From assembly GCA_040756235.1 (NCBI GenBank), contig JBFLZG010000092.1, positions 1-39,545 on the forward strand: 39,545 nucleotides of DNA, in the 5' to 3' direction. The DNA is from a bacterium. GTDB lineage: Bacteria > Desulfobacterota > DSWW01. Below are positions 20,927 to 30,369 of this stretch, in pieces (positions within the stretch are counted from its first letter, which is position 1; each line of letters opens with the position of its first letter). The translations under genes and the position numbers were made by a program. The notes under the pieces are model-generated. The model ran no database searches and had not been told where the DNA came from. It saw only the letters and a program-made list of their open reading frames with translations.

Positions 20927-22141
20927 TCAGCGCTCGAACAACATGGCCATGCCCTGCCCTCCGCCCACGCAGAGGCTCACCAGGCCGCGCTTCAGGTCGC
21001 GCCTTTCCAGCTCGTTCATCAGGTGGATGACCAGCCTCGTGCCTGAATTCGCCAGCGCGTGCCCCAGGGCGATCGCCCCGCCGTTCACGTTCAGCCGCTC
21101 CCGCTCCCGGTCGGAGAAGCTCAGCTCCCGGATCACGCCGAGACACTGGGCGGCGAAGGCCTCGTTCAGCTCGAACAGATCGATGTCGGCCAGGCGCAGA
21201 TTCGTTCGCTCGAGAAGCTTGCAGATGGCCGGCACGGGTCCGAGCCCCATGTAGGCGGGATGCACGCCCGAGGAGGCATAAGGACCGACCCTCAGCCGCA
21301 CCTTGAGCCCCAGGTCGCGCGCCGTCTCCTCGGCCGTCAGCAGCACGCAGCTCGCGCCGTCATTCAGCGGGGACGAATTGCCGGCCGTCACGGTCCCGTC
21401 CTTGAGAAAGGCCGGGGCCAGCCCGGAGAGCTGCTCGAGGCTCGCGTCCGGCCGCACCGACTCATCCGTGTCGAAGAGCTTGGGGTCTTTCTTGCCCTGG
21501 GGGATCTGGAGCGGCACGATCTCGTTCTTGAATTTCCCGTCCCGGATCGCCCGGGAAGCTTTGACATGACTGTCGCAGGCGAACCGGTCCTGTTCCTCCC
21601 GCGAGATCCCGTGCTTGCGCGCCACGTTCTCGGCCGTGATCCCCATGCTGCAACGCTTCTCGAAGTAGAGGCCCCACTGGTCCTCATCCCCGCAGGTCCG
21701 CTCGCTCCCTTCGAAGAACCCGTCGAGCAGGTTCTTGTTCCCGGCTCTGAGCCCCCACCTGGCTCCCTCGATGAAATAGGGGATCGAGCTCATCGCCTCG
21801 GCGCCGCCCGCCAGGACGACCGTGGCCTGACCGGTTCGGATCAGATCGGCGGCGGTCGCCACGGCCAGCAAACCCGAGGCGCACTGCCTCTCCACGGTCT
21901 GAGCCGGGATCGTGTAGGGAAGGCCGGCGCGAAAGGCGCTGAGCCGGCCGACTCCAGGATACCCGTTGTAATGGCAGTTGCCGAGCACGACCTCGTCGAT
22001 CCGGGCAGGGCTGAGCCCGGTCTTGTCCAGGACCGCCTTCAGCACGGCTCCTCCCAGGTCCTGTGCACGGAAGTCTTTCAGCGTGCCTCCGAAGCGGCCC
22101 ACCGCTGTCCTGAGCCCCTCCACGATGACGACGTTTTGCAT
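20927..22141 (-). CDS. Thiolase
   Basis: [52 protein letters not shown] 22141 after AAGGAG. Confidence 0.93.
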   Translation of the reverse strand: MQNVVIVEGLRTAVGRFGGTLKDFRAQDLGGAVLKAVLDKTGLSPARIDEVVLGNCHYNGYPGVGRLSAFRAGLPYTIPAQTVERQCASGLLAVATAADLIRTGQATVVLAGGAEAMSSIPYFIEGARWGLRAGNKNLLDGFFEGSERTCGDEDQWGLYFEKRCSMGITAENVARKHGISREEQDRFACDSHVKASRAIRDGKFKNEIVPLQIPQGKKDPKLFDTDESVRPDASLEQLSGLAPAFLKDGTVTAGNSSPLNDGASCVLLTAEETARDLGLKVRLRVGPYASSGVHPAYMGLGPVPAICKLLERTNLRLADIDLFELNEAFAAQCLGVIRELSFSDRERERLNVNGGAIALGHALANSGTRLVIHLMNELERRDLKRGLVSLCVGGGQGMAMLFER

Positions 22142-22212
22142 GAGGACAGCTCCTTTTTCCCGTATGGCTCCGTCCCGCGATCCGACCGCCACCCCTCCGA
22201 GCCGAGATCTCC

Positions 22213-22266
22213 TGGACTGACCAGTTTAAGAACTGACATATTATTTAAAATGCCTTGGCCCGTCAA
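22213..22266 (-). promoter_or_regulatory. Sigma-70 promoter of thiolase-hbd-ligase operon with FadR/GntR-type box
   Basis: Minus strand TTGACG-17 nt-TAATAT, then TGGTCAGTCCA (22213-22223). Confidence 0.6.
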
Positions 22267-22416
22267 GCCATTTCGGCCGGCCCCGGCAAGCGCCGGTCCC
22301 GGAATAGGAACGTGATGAGCACGGGACCGGCCGGCGAACGCTTCTTCGAGGGCGGCGTTGTCCTGAGGTCCGGCTCGATCTGGCTTTCCCGAAAAAGGCT
22401 CTGCTATAGTGCCGCC

Positions 22417-23256
22417 ATGCGACCCATTCTGTTTTCCATCGGCCCCCTGGAGATCTCCTCCTACCCGGTGATGATCAGCTTGGGCGCCTGCCTGGCGATC
22501 TGGCTCACCGTGCGCGAGCTGGACCGGCTGAGCCTGGCGCGAGGGCCCTATCTGACGATCTGCCTCATTGCCTTTGCGGGCGGTTTGATCGGTGCCCGGA
22601 TCATGAACTGCATCGTCTTCTATGATCTGTACAGGGACCAGCCGTGGTGGAAGCTGATCGCCGTCTGGGAGGGCGGCCTGGCCATGTACGGCGGGCTGTT
22701 TCTGGGTTTGACCGCCGCCTATGGGTACATGCGTCTGAAGGGGCTCTCGTTCTGGCAAGTGACGGATGTCCTGTTCCCGCCCTGGGTGGTCCTGCTGATC
22801 GTGGGGCGGATCGGCTGTTTTCTCAACGGCTGCTGCTACGGGGAGCCCACGTCCGCCCCCTGGGGATTCTACTCCCGGAGCGCCGCCAAGGTCAGCGGCT
22901 ACTACGTGACCACGCACCCGACGCAGCTCTATTCGGCGGGCGCGGCGCTGGTCATCTTCGGGATCCTGTGGCGGGCGCGGCTGAAGCCGCATTTTCAGGG
23001 CCGGACCGCCCTCCTCTTCTTGCTGCTCTATCCGGCGGCCCGCTTCGTGATCGAGTATTACCGGGCAGACCCGAGGGGCATGTGGCGCTTCTTCGGCGCC
23101 TTCACCCTGAGCGAATCCCAGATCCTGAGCATTCCCCTCTTCATCGCCGCCCTGGCGGCGTGGAGAGTGCTATCGCGGCACGCTCCCGGGGAGCGGCCGG
23201 AAGAGGCTCTCCGAAGCGCGAGCGTGGCAGAACAGAGGGCAAAAAAAGCGGGATGA
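22417..23256 (+). CDS. lgt: Prolipoprotein diacylglyceryl transferase
   Basis: MRPILFSIGP, WEGGLAMYGG, GRIGCFLNGCCYG, HPTQLY, RFVIEYYR, SESQ; multiple TM segments. Confidence 0.9.
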   Translation: MRPILFSIGPLEISSYPVMISLGACLAIWLTVRELDRLSLARGPYLTICLIAFAGGLIGARIMNCIVFYDLYRDQPWWKLIAVWEGGLAMYGGLFLGLTAAYGYMRLKGLSFWQVTDVLFPPWVVLLIVGRIGCFLNGCCYGEPTSAPWGFYSRSAAKVSGYYVTTHPTQLYSAGAALVIFGILWRARLKPHFQGRTALLFLLLYPAARFVIEYYRADPRGMWRFFGAFTLSESQILSIPLFIAALAAWRVLSRHAPGERPEEALRSASVAEQRAKKAG

Positions 23257-23320
23257 GCTTTGCGCCCATCCCGCTCTTCCGTCTTTTTGGGCTCAGCCGC
23301 AGGCTTGCCCGGGCCGTCAG

Positions 23321-24382
23321 CTATCCCGCGCTTCTCCGGCGCCACAGGATGAGCCCGACGAGGAGGACCGCCGGAATCGCATAGAAGACGACGTTCGCGC
23401 TCCGCCCCAGCGTGTGCCTCGGCTGATCCACCGTGGAGCAGCCCGCCTGCAGGCAGTCGAGCACAGGCTGGGCCGGCATGCATCCGTCGTACCCGATGTC
23501 CCGGTGGAAGACGTTGATCAGCAAGCCCTCGCCCTCATTGTTCACAAAGAAGCCTTCGATGAGGGACGAGAGGTCCGCAAGCCAGTTGACGAGCCCGCTG
23601 ATGATGTCGTTGAGCCAGGCGCCGATGCCCAGCGGGTCGCCCTCAGGGAAGAGCCTGAGAGAGAAGCCGCTCAGGATCGCGTCGGTGGACTCGAGCGGGC
23701 TCATGACCTGCATGCAGGTGTCCGTCATGCACACGTCTGCGGTCTGTGTGACGGTGGCTGACGTGAAGCCCAGGCCGGCCGTGTATCCGTCAAGCAGTAC
23801 CTGCAGCGCCGCGTTCTCTGCTTCGCAGGCGAGCCGAACGGGCGTGCAGATGGCAAAGGCGCCTGCGCACAACCCCTCGCAAACGGTCCATTCGGCCCCG
23901 CAGGAAATTACGCACCAGGGCCATCCACCGCAGTCTTCCATGCAGGCGTCGTAGTCGGAATCGCAGTCCGCCGCGCAAGAGTTGTATTCCGCATCGCAGT
24001 TCCGGCACCAGGCGTTGTCGACCGTGAGCGTCATGTTGGCCGACCAGGCCGGAAGGGTCAGGAGGACCTGGAGCGAGCCGGGGAGAGTCGTGACCGCAAA
24101 ATCGACACCCTCGAGCGGGATCTCGCTGACCAGGTTCAGGTTGAGGGTATGAGTAAAAAGCAGGGTTACCCACTCGCTGTACGTGTAGTCGATCGGGATC
24201 GTGCCGAGGAGATTCAGCACATCATTGAGGAGCGTCGGGTCCACGGTCGGCTCGAAGTCGATCATGGTCGGGTCCGTGTCGCAGACAGTCGCCGCTCCGG
24301 CCCCCGTGGCCCAGCACGAGGCCAAAGCGCAGCAAAGGGCCAGCAAGACAACTCCGACTCCTTTCGAAAGCTCTCTCGTCAT
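23321..24382 (-). CDS. Exported Cys-rich acidic protein with C-terminal GC-linker-TM-RRR tag (MYXO-CTERM-like)
   Basis: N-terminal signal peptide (..AGA|A), 12-Cys central segment, ends AGCS...VVFYAIPAVLLVGLILWRRR; strong GAGGAGGGG RBS. Confidence 0.8.
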   Translation of the reverse strand: MTRELSKGVGVVLLALCCALASCWATGAGAATVCDTDPTMIDFEPTVDPTLLNDVLNLLGTIPIDYTYSEWVTLLFTHTLNLNLVSEIPLEGVDFAVTTLPGSLQVLLTLPAWSANMTLTVDNAWCRNCDAEYNSCAADCDSDYDACMEDCGGWPWCVISCGAEWTVCEGLCAGAFAICTPVRLACEAENAALQVLLDGYTAGLGFTSATVTQTADVCMTDTCMQVMSPLESTDAILSGFSLRLFPEGDPLGIGAWLNDIISGLVNWLADLSSLIEGFFVNNEGEGLLINVFHRDIGYDGCMPAQPVLDCLQAGCSTVDQPRHTLGRSANVVFYAIPAVLLVGLILWRRRSAG

Positions 24383-24469
24383 GATTTCCCCTCCTCTCGT
24401 TATGTGTCCATCTTCCGAACGGCCGACCGGGTCCTCTCCTGCGGCCGCCCGGCTGGATACCCGGGAAGA

Positions 24470-25627
24470 TCAGGGCGCGGACCCGGGCCTGGATGCGCGG
24501 AGCCGCTCGGAAAGCTCGACCAGCCGGGCCTGCCTCTGTTCAAAGGTGAGATCCGGATCGTTGAGGATCGCCTCCTGCTCCTGCAGATAAGCTTCGATCT
24601 CGGCGGCTCTCTGCGCTTTGCGCGACGCAATCTCTTCCGCCTTCTCCATGATTTCAGGAGGCAGCTCCTCGCGGTACATCTCCCACATGGCCGTCTTACG
24701 GTCCTCGGCCGTCATCTCGTCGAAGCGATCGCCCACACGCTCCCGGAGGCGGCTTTCCAGCTCCCCTTTGCGATCGTCGGCAAAGCTCAGGTATGTGCCT
24801 TTCTTCGCGAGCTCCACCTGGAGGGCGTTCCGGAGGGCCGTGATCTCGCCTTGCTGCTCCTCAGGGGTCCGTCCCGGATCCGCGAGGATCGCCTTCTCCT
24901 TGAGCTTGTATTCCTGGTAGGCCTCCTCCTCGCCGAAGAGCAGGTCCGCCATTTCCTGCCCGAAGGCGTTGCGCCGGGCGCTGCGGAGCGCTTCGAACTG
25001 CTCTTCCGGGCTCATGGCGCCCGGGTTCGTCAGGGCGAGTTGCTCGTCGAGTGACTGCAGGGAATCCAGGAGCCGCAGGGTTTGCGGATCCGGCGACTCC
25101 CCCAGCTGCGCCCGGGCCGCATCGAACAAAGCCTCTCCGGTGAGGCCTGCGCTGCGCAGATCGTGAATTACCCGGGAGAGCTCGAGGAAGTCCCGGCGGG
25201 CGAGGGCCCGCTGTTCTCTTTCCGGGTCGGCCGAAGGGTGCACCCGTTCGATCCGCAATGCCTCTCCGAGGGAGCCCCGGAATCCGGGCTTGTCCGCCTC
25301 CTCGGCCCGGTCCGTCGGGTCGGCCTGCCGCTGTGCGCTCGAAGGAGCTGCTTCTCGGGAGGATCCCTGCTCCGTGCCGCCGGTTGTGGAATTCTTTTCG
25401 CACAGGCGGGCAGCAGGCTCCTGCATCGGGGGTGGTGCAGGCTCGAGGCGGGCGGCTTGGTACCAGTAGAAGGAGCCGGCGAATCCGGCCGCCAGCAAGC
25501 CGAGCAAGACGAGGAAGGCCCGGCTGGACGATGCGTGTTCCGAGGAGGTGCCGAGCAGCAAGGACAGCCGTGAGAGTCGCGCGGAAGAGCCTCTGGAGAG
25601 ATGATCCTGTCTGCCGGGAGTCTTCAC
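24470..25627 (-). CDS. Lipase-specific foldase (Lif)-like chaperone
   Basis: N-terminal TM anchor, Pro/Ala linker, then LRSARRNAFGQEMADLLFGEEEAYQEY..AILADP and AYLQEQEAILNDPDL..QARL segments typical of Lif; start uncertain. Confidence 0.75.
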   Translation of the reverse strand: MKTPGRQDHLSRGSSARLSRLSLLLGTSSEHASSSRAFLVLLGLLAAGFAGSFYWYQAARLEPAPPPMQEPAARLCEKNSTTGGTEQGSSREAAPSSAQRQADPTDRAEEADKPGFRGSLGEALRIERVHPSADPEREQRALARRDFLELSRVIHDLRSAGLTGEALFDAARAQLGESPDPQTLRLLDSLQSLDEQLALTNPGAMSPEEQFEALRSARRNAFGQEMADLLFGEEEAYQEYKLKEKAILADPGRTPEEQQGEITALRNALQVELAKKGTYLSFADDRKGELESRLRERVGDRFDEMTAEDRKTAMWEMYREELPPEIMEKAEEIASRKAQRAAEIEAYLQEQEAILNDPDLTFEQRQARLVELSERLRASRPGSAP

Positions 25628-25687
25628 GGGGACCCCGTAGAAGGGAAGCCGAGATGTTGGTTGTGCAAAAGGTAAGATGTTATTCTG

Positions 25688-25703
25688 AGCAAAGTATATG
25701 CCA
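25688..25703 (-). promoter_or_regulatory. Sigma-54 (-24/-12) promoter for the foldase/Cys-rich protein unit
   Basis: Minus strand TGGCATATACTTTGCT fits TGGCAY-N5-TTGCW, ~60 nt upstream of the foldase ORF. Confidence 0.7.
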
Positions 25704-25812
25704 AAAGCTCCGGAGCCTCAGGGCGATTCGGTAAACACCCGGTTCCGAACCAAATGTTCACCACGCTACCACAACAATGACATAACACTATGGCGCGAAA
25801 AAGAACGACCAT

Positions 25813-25840
25813 TGTGCAAAAACTTGCCCATATTGGGAAA
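25813..25840. promoter_or_regulatory. Candidate enhancer-binding-protein sites
   Basis: Overlapping dyads TGTGCAAaaacTTGCCCA and TTGCCCAtatTGGGAAA ~110-140 nt upstream of the sigma-54 motif. Confidence 0.45.
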
Positions 25841-26149
25841 AAGAATGCTCTGGGCCCGATCGCGCAGAGGAAGGGCTCGGCCTGGGCATTCACGACGAAG
25901 TCGTTGCTTCGTGCCGGGACCTCGGGACCCTGGACTCGGGCTCGAACCTCGAGCCCGTACCTATCCTTCCGGGCCGATCCATGCTAATAAGAAGTTGTGC
26001 CATTCACGTGGCAAAGTGCCGCCTGCAACGGACCGGCATAACCGCGTTGCCGTCGTTTCGGCGGGAAAGACACGTGCCGGCCGTTGAGGCGGACCGTGAG
26101 AACATGTTTTATGTAACACCAGGGCAATCGTGCAAAGAGGAACGGATCC

Positions 26150-26530
26150 ATGCCACTGGAGTACAGCAAGCGGCTCATTGAAGAGTTCCGGAACCCGAGC
26201 AACGTGGGAGAAATGGAAGCTCCTGACGGCTTCGCCACCCACTCCAGCGACGAATGCGGCGATTATCTCGAGCTTTACCTGCGCGTGGAGGATGGCCGGA
26301 TCCGAGATGCCAAGTTCAAGACCTTCGGCTGCGCGGCCGCCATCGCCTCGAGCAGCATGCTGACCCGGATGGCCATCGGCAAGACGCTGGATGAAGCACT
26401 GCAGATCACCGAGAAGGACGTGATCCAGGCCCTGGAAGGAATGCCGGAAGCTAAAGTCCACTGCTCTCTTCTGGCGGTGGAGGCCCTGAAGAAAGCAGTG
26501 GAAGACTACCGCAACAAGAACCCTGGCTAG
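26150..26530 (+). CDS. iscU: Fe-S cluster scaffold IscU/NifU-N family
   Basis: FRNPSNVG, ECGD, FKTFGCAAAIASSS, KVHCS (three Cys). Confidence 0.92.
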   Translation: MPLEYSKRLIEEFRNPSNVGEMEAPDGFATHSSDECGDYLELYLRVEDGRIRDAKFKTFGCAAAIASSSMLTRMAIGKTLDEALQITEKDVIQALEGMPEAKVHCSLLAVEALKKAVEDYRNKNPG

Positions 26531-26808
26531 GAGGCTGTCCATAAATGCCCATCTGCTGCGTTGCACTCATGGCGCGGCATGGAGGCGGGGGAGCCTGCCC
26601 CGGCGAAGGCCGGGGTCATTGCGGCGTACTGCCATGTACGCCTCATTCCTCAGGATTTGACTCGCGCCGTCCATGGCGCTCGCCCTTCGGACGCATCATC
26701 CTGGCGGATGATGCGTCCAATTCCGCTGTCCTGCGGAATTGTCGTGCGCCTTGCATCTGGACATTTCTGAACAGCCTCCAGGAGCCGAATACTTGGACAG
26801 GCTCCTAG
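26527..26808. mobile_element. MITE family A copy 3, composite with nested inserts
   Basis: CTAGGAGGCTGTCC...GGACAGGCTCCTAG; CTAG at both ends, first TAG is the iscU stop; 84-nt insert at 26659-26742 and a CCCCGGCGAAGGCCGGGG hairpin insert. Confidence 0.88.
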
Positions 26809-26864
26809 AGCCTTTCCGGAAGGGCCCGATTTCAGAGGGGGGGGCGGCCGAGCAGGTTGGAGTC

Positions 26865-27842
26865 ATGGAGAGAGAGGTTTCGAGCCCGACGGTTGCTCCT
26901 CGCCAGAAGGTCCGGCTGGTCTTCATGGGCACGCCGGCCTTTGCGGCCATCGTGCTGGAGGGCCTCCTCCGGGACGGCTGGAGAGTCGGCGGCGCGGTCT
27001 GTCAGCCCGACCGGCCGAAGGGCCGGGGCAGGAAGGTCGTCCCCCCGCCCGCCAAAGTCGTCGCAGAGGCATACGGCGTGCCGATCTGGCAGCCATCCCG
27101 GATGAAGGACCCCGCTTTCCTGGAGTTCCTGCGCGCCCTCGCGCCGGACCTCGTCGTCGTCGCCGCGTTCGGCAGGATCCTGCCCGGGGAGGTCCTGTCG
27201 ATACCGCCGCTGGGATGCTACAACGTGCACGGCTCGCTCCTGCCGGCCTATCGGGGGGCTGCGCCCATCCCGTGGGCGATCATCCGGGGCGAGAAGGTGA
27301 CCGGGATCACGCTCTTTCGGATGGACGAGGGCATGGACACGGGAGACATGCTGGCTGCCGAGTCCCTGGCCATCGAACCGGAGGAGACAGCGGGCGCGCT
27401 GACCGAGCGGCTGGCCCGGCTCGCCGTGAAGATGCTCCCCGGGGCCCTCGAGGAGGTCGTTCAGGGCAGGGCGCGCCTGGTCCGCCAGGACCACTCCAAA
27501 GCCACCCTTGCGCCGATCCTTCGCAAGAGCGACGGCGAGATCGCGTGGAGCCTTTCCGCGGAAGAGATCCGAACCCGCATCCGGGGCCTCGACCCCTGGC
27601 CGGGCGCCTACACGCACTTGCGGGACAGACGACTCCTGCTCTGGAAGTCGACCGTGGTCGAATCAGGGCGCTTCGCCGGCTCTCCCGGAGAGGTCCTGGA
27701 GATTTCCGCGCAGGGGCTGCTCGTTGCGACCGGTCAAGACGTGCTGCGGGTGACCGGCCTTCAACTGGAGGGGGGAAGGAGGATGACCGTTGGCGAGTTC
27801 CTCCGGGGCCACGAGATCGAGCCCGGGCAGAAGCTCGGATAG
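26865..27842 (+). CDS. fmt: Methionyl-tRNA formyltransferase
   Basis: VFMGTPAFA, QPDRPKGRG, NVHGSLLPAYRGAAPI, MDEGMDTGD, IRGLDPWPGA. Confidence 0.95.
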   Translation: MEREVSSPTVAPRQKVRLVFMGTPAFAAIVLEGLLRDGWRVGGAVCQPDRPKGRGRKVVPPPAKVVAEAYGVPIWQPSRMKDPAFLEFLRALAPDLVVVAAFGRILPGEVLSIPPLGCYNVHGSLLPAYRGAAPIPWAIIRGEKVTGITLFRMDEGMDTGDMLAAESLAIEPEETAGALTERLARLAVKMLPGALEEVVQGRARLVRQDHSKATLAPILRKSDGEIAWSLSAEEIRTRIRGLDPWPGAYTHLRDRRLLLWKSTVVESGRFAGSPGEVLEISAQGLLVATGQDVLRVTGLQLEGGRRMTVGEFLRGHEIEPGQKLG

Positions 27843-29226
27843 GCCGCCTCTGGACCCGCGCCAGGCCGCCTACGAGGTGCTGCGCTCGGTCGAGGAGAAA
27901 GGGGCCTGGGCCGACCGCGCCCTGGACGGGGTCCTGCGCAGGCACCAGGGGCTGGATGAGCGCGATCGGGCGCTTGCGACCGAGGTGGTGTACGGCGTGC
28001 TGCGCCGGCGAGGCACCCTGGATCAGGCCCTCCGGCCGTTTTCGCGTAAGGCGTTGGACCGCCTGGATCCCGAGATCCTGCGGATCCTGCGGATCGGAGC
28101 CTATCAGATCCTGCTTCTGGACCGCGTGCCCGACCACGCCGCCGTGAGCGTCTCGGTCGATCTGGCCCAGCGGCTCGGAAGGCCGGGGAGCGGACGATTC
28201 GTCAACGCCGTGCTCCGCTCCCTCTGCAGGGAAAAGGCGCAGGAAGACAGGGACTCTGTTTCGCGGCGCGGCCGGCAGGCCGTGCGGGCCGGACGGGCCG
28301 AGGGAGGCGAGGGCGCAGATGTCGATTTCCCGGCGTGGCTGGTCGAGCTCTGGACCGGGCAGCTGGGTGTGGAACGGGCGCAGGAGCTCCTCGCTGCTCT
28401 CCTGGAGCCCCCTGGGATCCTGCTTCGGGCCAATTCCCTCAAGGTGAGCCGCGACGAGCTGATCGAGCGCCTCGGCCGGGAAGGGCTGCTGGCCGAGCGG
28501 GCGGAGGGAATTCCTTCGGCCGTGCGCCTGCTCAGGGGCGGCGACGTCCGCAAGACGCGCTCCTTCGCGCAAGGCCTGTGCATTCAGCAGGAGGGGGCCT
28601 CGCAGCTGGTGGTGGAGCTGCTCGATCCGCGTGCCGGAGAGATGATCGCCGATCTGTGTGCGGCCCCGGGACTGAAGAGCACTCACATCGCGGCCCGCAT
28701 GGGGAACGCGGGCGTTCTCGTCTCCATGGACCGCAACTTCCATCGCCTGCGGGAGCTGCGCAGCCTCTCGAGCCTCCTGGGAGCCTCCATTGCAAAGGCG
28801 GTGTGCGCCGATGCCGCGCGGCCGGAGTCGCTTTGCCTGCGGGACGGCACCTTTGACCGCGTCCTTGTAGACGCTCCCTGCTCCGGGCTCGGCGTTCTGA
28901 GGAGATCGCCCGAGAAGAAATGGAGACCGGTCCCGGATTTCGGCGCGCTGGTCGCACTGCAGGAAAGGCTCCTCGCCGCCGCGGCCGGCCTTGTGCGCAA
29001 AGGGGGCGTGCTCCTCTACTGCACCTGCACCGTGAACGCCCGGGAAAACGAGGAGATCGTCCGGCGATTCCTGGCAAGCCGACCGGCTTTCGTCCTGGAG
29101 GACGTCTCCGCGCTGCTTCCGGCCGAGCTCCGGTCCCTGGCCTCGGAGGAAGGATATTTCTGCTCCTGGAGGAAGCCGGCCTCTTTCGACTACTTTTTTG
29201 CGGCGAGGCTGCGCCGGGCATCGTGA
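27790..29226 (+). CDS. rsmB: 16S rRNA m5C967 methyltransferase RsmB (Sun)
   Basis: NusB-like N-domain (FVNAVLR), DLCAAPGLKS, VDAPCSGLG, YCTCT; follows fmt; start uncertain (TTG 27790 after GGAGG, or near 27850). Confidence 0.92.
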   Translation: MASSSGATRSSPGRSSDRPPLDPRQAAYEVLRSVEEKGAWADRALDGVLRRHQGLDERDRALATEVVYGVLRRRGTLDQALRPFSRKALDRLDPEILRILRIGAYQILLLDRVPDHAAVSVSVDLAQRLGRPGSGRFVNAVLRSLCREKAQEDRDSVSRRGRQAVRAGRAEGGEGADVDFPAWLVELWTGQLGVERAQELLAALLEPPGILLRANSLKVSRDELIERLGREGLLAERAEGIPSAVRLLRGGDVRKTRSFAQGLCIQQEGASQLVVELLDPRAGEMIADLCAAPGLKSTHIAARMGNAGVLVSMDRNFHRLRELRSLSSLLGASIAKAVCADAARPESLCLRDGTFDRVLVDAPCSGLGVLRRSPEKKWRPVPDFGALVALQERLLAAAAGLVRKGGVLLYCTCTVNARENEEIVRRFLASRPAFVLEDVSALLPAELRSLASEEGYFCSWRKPASFDYFFAARLRRAS

Positions 29227-29293
29227 GAACCTGGAACGGAGCGGCAGACGGGCGGCGGCCGAGCGCTTCGGAGGGAAAGGGAAGGAAACAAGC

Positions 29294-29977
29294 ATGACGA
29301 AGAAGAGACTCCTGGCGCCCTCGATTCTCTCCGCGGACTTCTCCAGGCTCGCAGAAGAGATCCGGGCCGTTGAGAGGGCGGGCGCGGACTGGATCCACGT
29401 GGACGTGATGGACGGCCACTTCGTTCCCAACATCACCCTGGGCCCACTGGTGGTCGAGGCCGCCAGGCGGGTGACGTCCCTTCCCCTGGACGTGCACCTC
29501 ATGATCGAGGACCCGGATCGATATCTCGATGATTTCATCCGGGCCGGCAGCCACTACCTGACCGTGCACGTGGAGGCCTGCCGCCATCTGCAGCGCACCT
29601 TGAGCTACATCCGCGAGAAGGGATGCAGGCCCGGCGTTTCCCTGAACCCGGCCACGCCGCTCGACACGATCGAATACGTCCTGCCCGACGTGGATCTCGT
29701 TCTGGTCATGACGGTCAACCCCGGGTTCGGAGGCCAGGCCTTTATCCCGCAGGCCATGGACAAGATCCGCAGGCTTCGGGAAATCCTGGACCGGGCCGGC
29801 CGGGATATCCATCTGGAGGTGGACGGAGGCATCAAGACGGACAACATAGGCGATGTCGCTCAGGCGGGCGCCGACGTCTTCGTGTCCGGCAGCGGCATCT
29901 TCGGCACGGCCGATTATGCCGGGACGCTTGCGCAGATGCGCAGCCGGATCGAGGCGGCGACCACGGGGTCTGCTTAG
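29294..29977 (+). CDS. rpe: Ribulose-phosphate 3-epimerase
   Basis: APSILSADF, HVDVMDGHFVPN, DVHLMI, MTVNPGFGGQ, EVDGG. Confidence 0.96.
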   Translation: MTKKRLLAPSILSADFSRLAEEIRAVERAGADWIHVDVMDGHFVPNITLGPLVVEAARRVTSLPLDVHLMIEDPDRYLDDFIRAGSHYLTVHVEACRHLQRTLSYIREKGCRPGVSLNPATPLDTIEYVLPDVDLVLVMTVNPGFGGQAFIPQAMDKIRRLREILDRAGRDIHLEVDGGIKTDNIGDVAQAGADVFVSGSGIFGTADYAGTLAQMRSRIEAATTGSA

Positions 29978-30189
29978 GGTTCACGCAAGAATAACTTCGC
30001 AGGGGCCGGGCCAACTGTATCATTTTGGAGAGGGGAGGTTTCGCGCCCAGATTTGGGTCAGATTCGGCCGCGACGATTGAGCGAGACCGCAGGCATAGCA
30101 CGGCTATGTCGAGGATCTCGCGATGGAGGAGCGGTCGAAGATGGCCCGAAGATGGGATGCGAAATGGGAAGTTATTTCTGCGCGAACCC
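29977..30189. mobile_element. MITE family B
   Basis: 22-nt terminal inverted repeats GGGTTCACGCAAGAATAACTTC / GAAGTTATTTCTGCGCGAACCC (19/22), TTA on both flanks, inserted at the rpe stop codon, long internal hairpin. Confidence 0.8.
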
Positions 30190-30245
30190 TTAGGTCGGGC
30201 GATTCTTCGGATCTCCTGCGGCGGCGACCACAAGAACCGGGACCG

Positions 30246-30274
30246 TTGACGAAAGAAACATTTCAAGGTACCTT
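30246..30274 (+). promoter_or_regulatory. Putative sigma-70 promoter of tRNA-Pro
   Basis: TTGACG-17 nt-TACCTT just upstream of the tRNA. Confidence 0.55.
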
Positions 30275-30291
30275 AAGTCGTTGCTGGGTGA

Positions 30292-30369
30292 CGGGAAGTA
30301 GCGCAGCCTGGTTAGCGCGCATGCTTCGGGAGCATGAGGTCGAGGGTTCAAATCCCTCCTTCCCGACCA
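30292..30369 (+). tRNA. tRNA-Pro (anticodon CGG)
   Basis: Acceptor CGGGAAG/CTTCCCG, D-loop, anticodon arm CATGC-TTCGGGA-GCATG, GGTTCAAATCC T-arm, encoded CCA. Confidence 0.96.

Noticed and set aside
26150..27842. Stand-alone iscU and absence of def before fmt as a novel arrangement
   Set aside because: Orphan IscU-like genes and variable def-fmt linkage are common; nothing else supports significance
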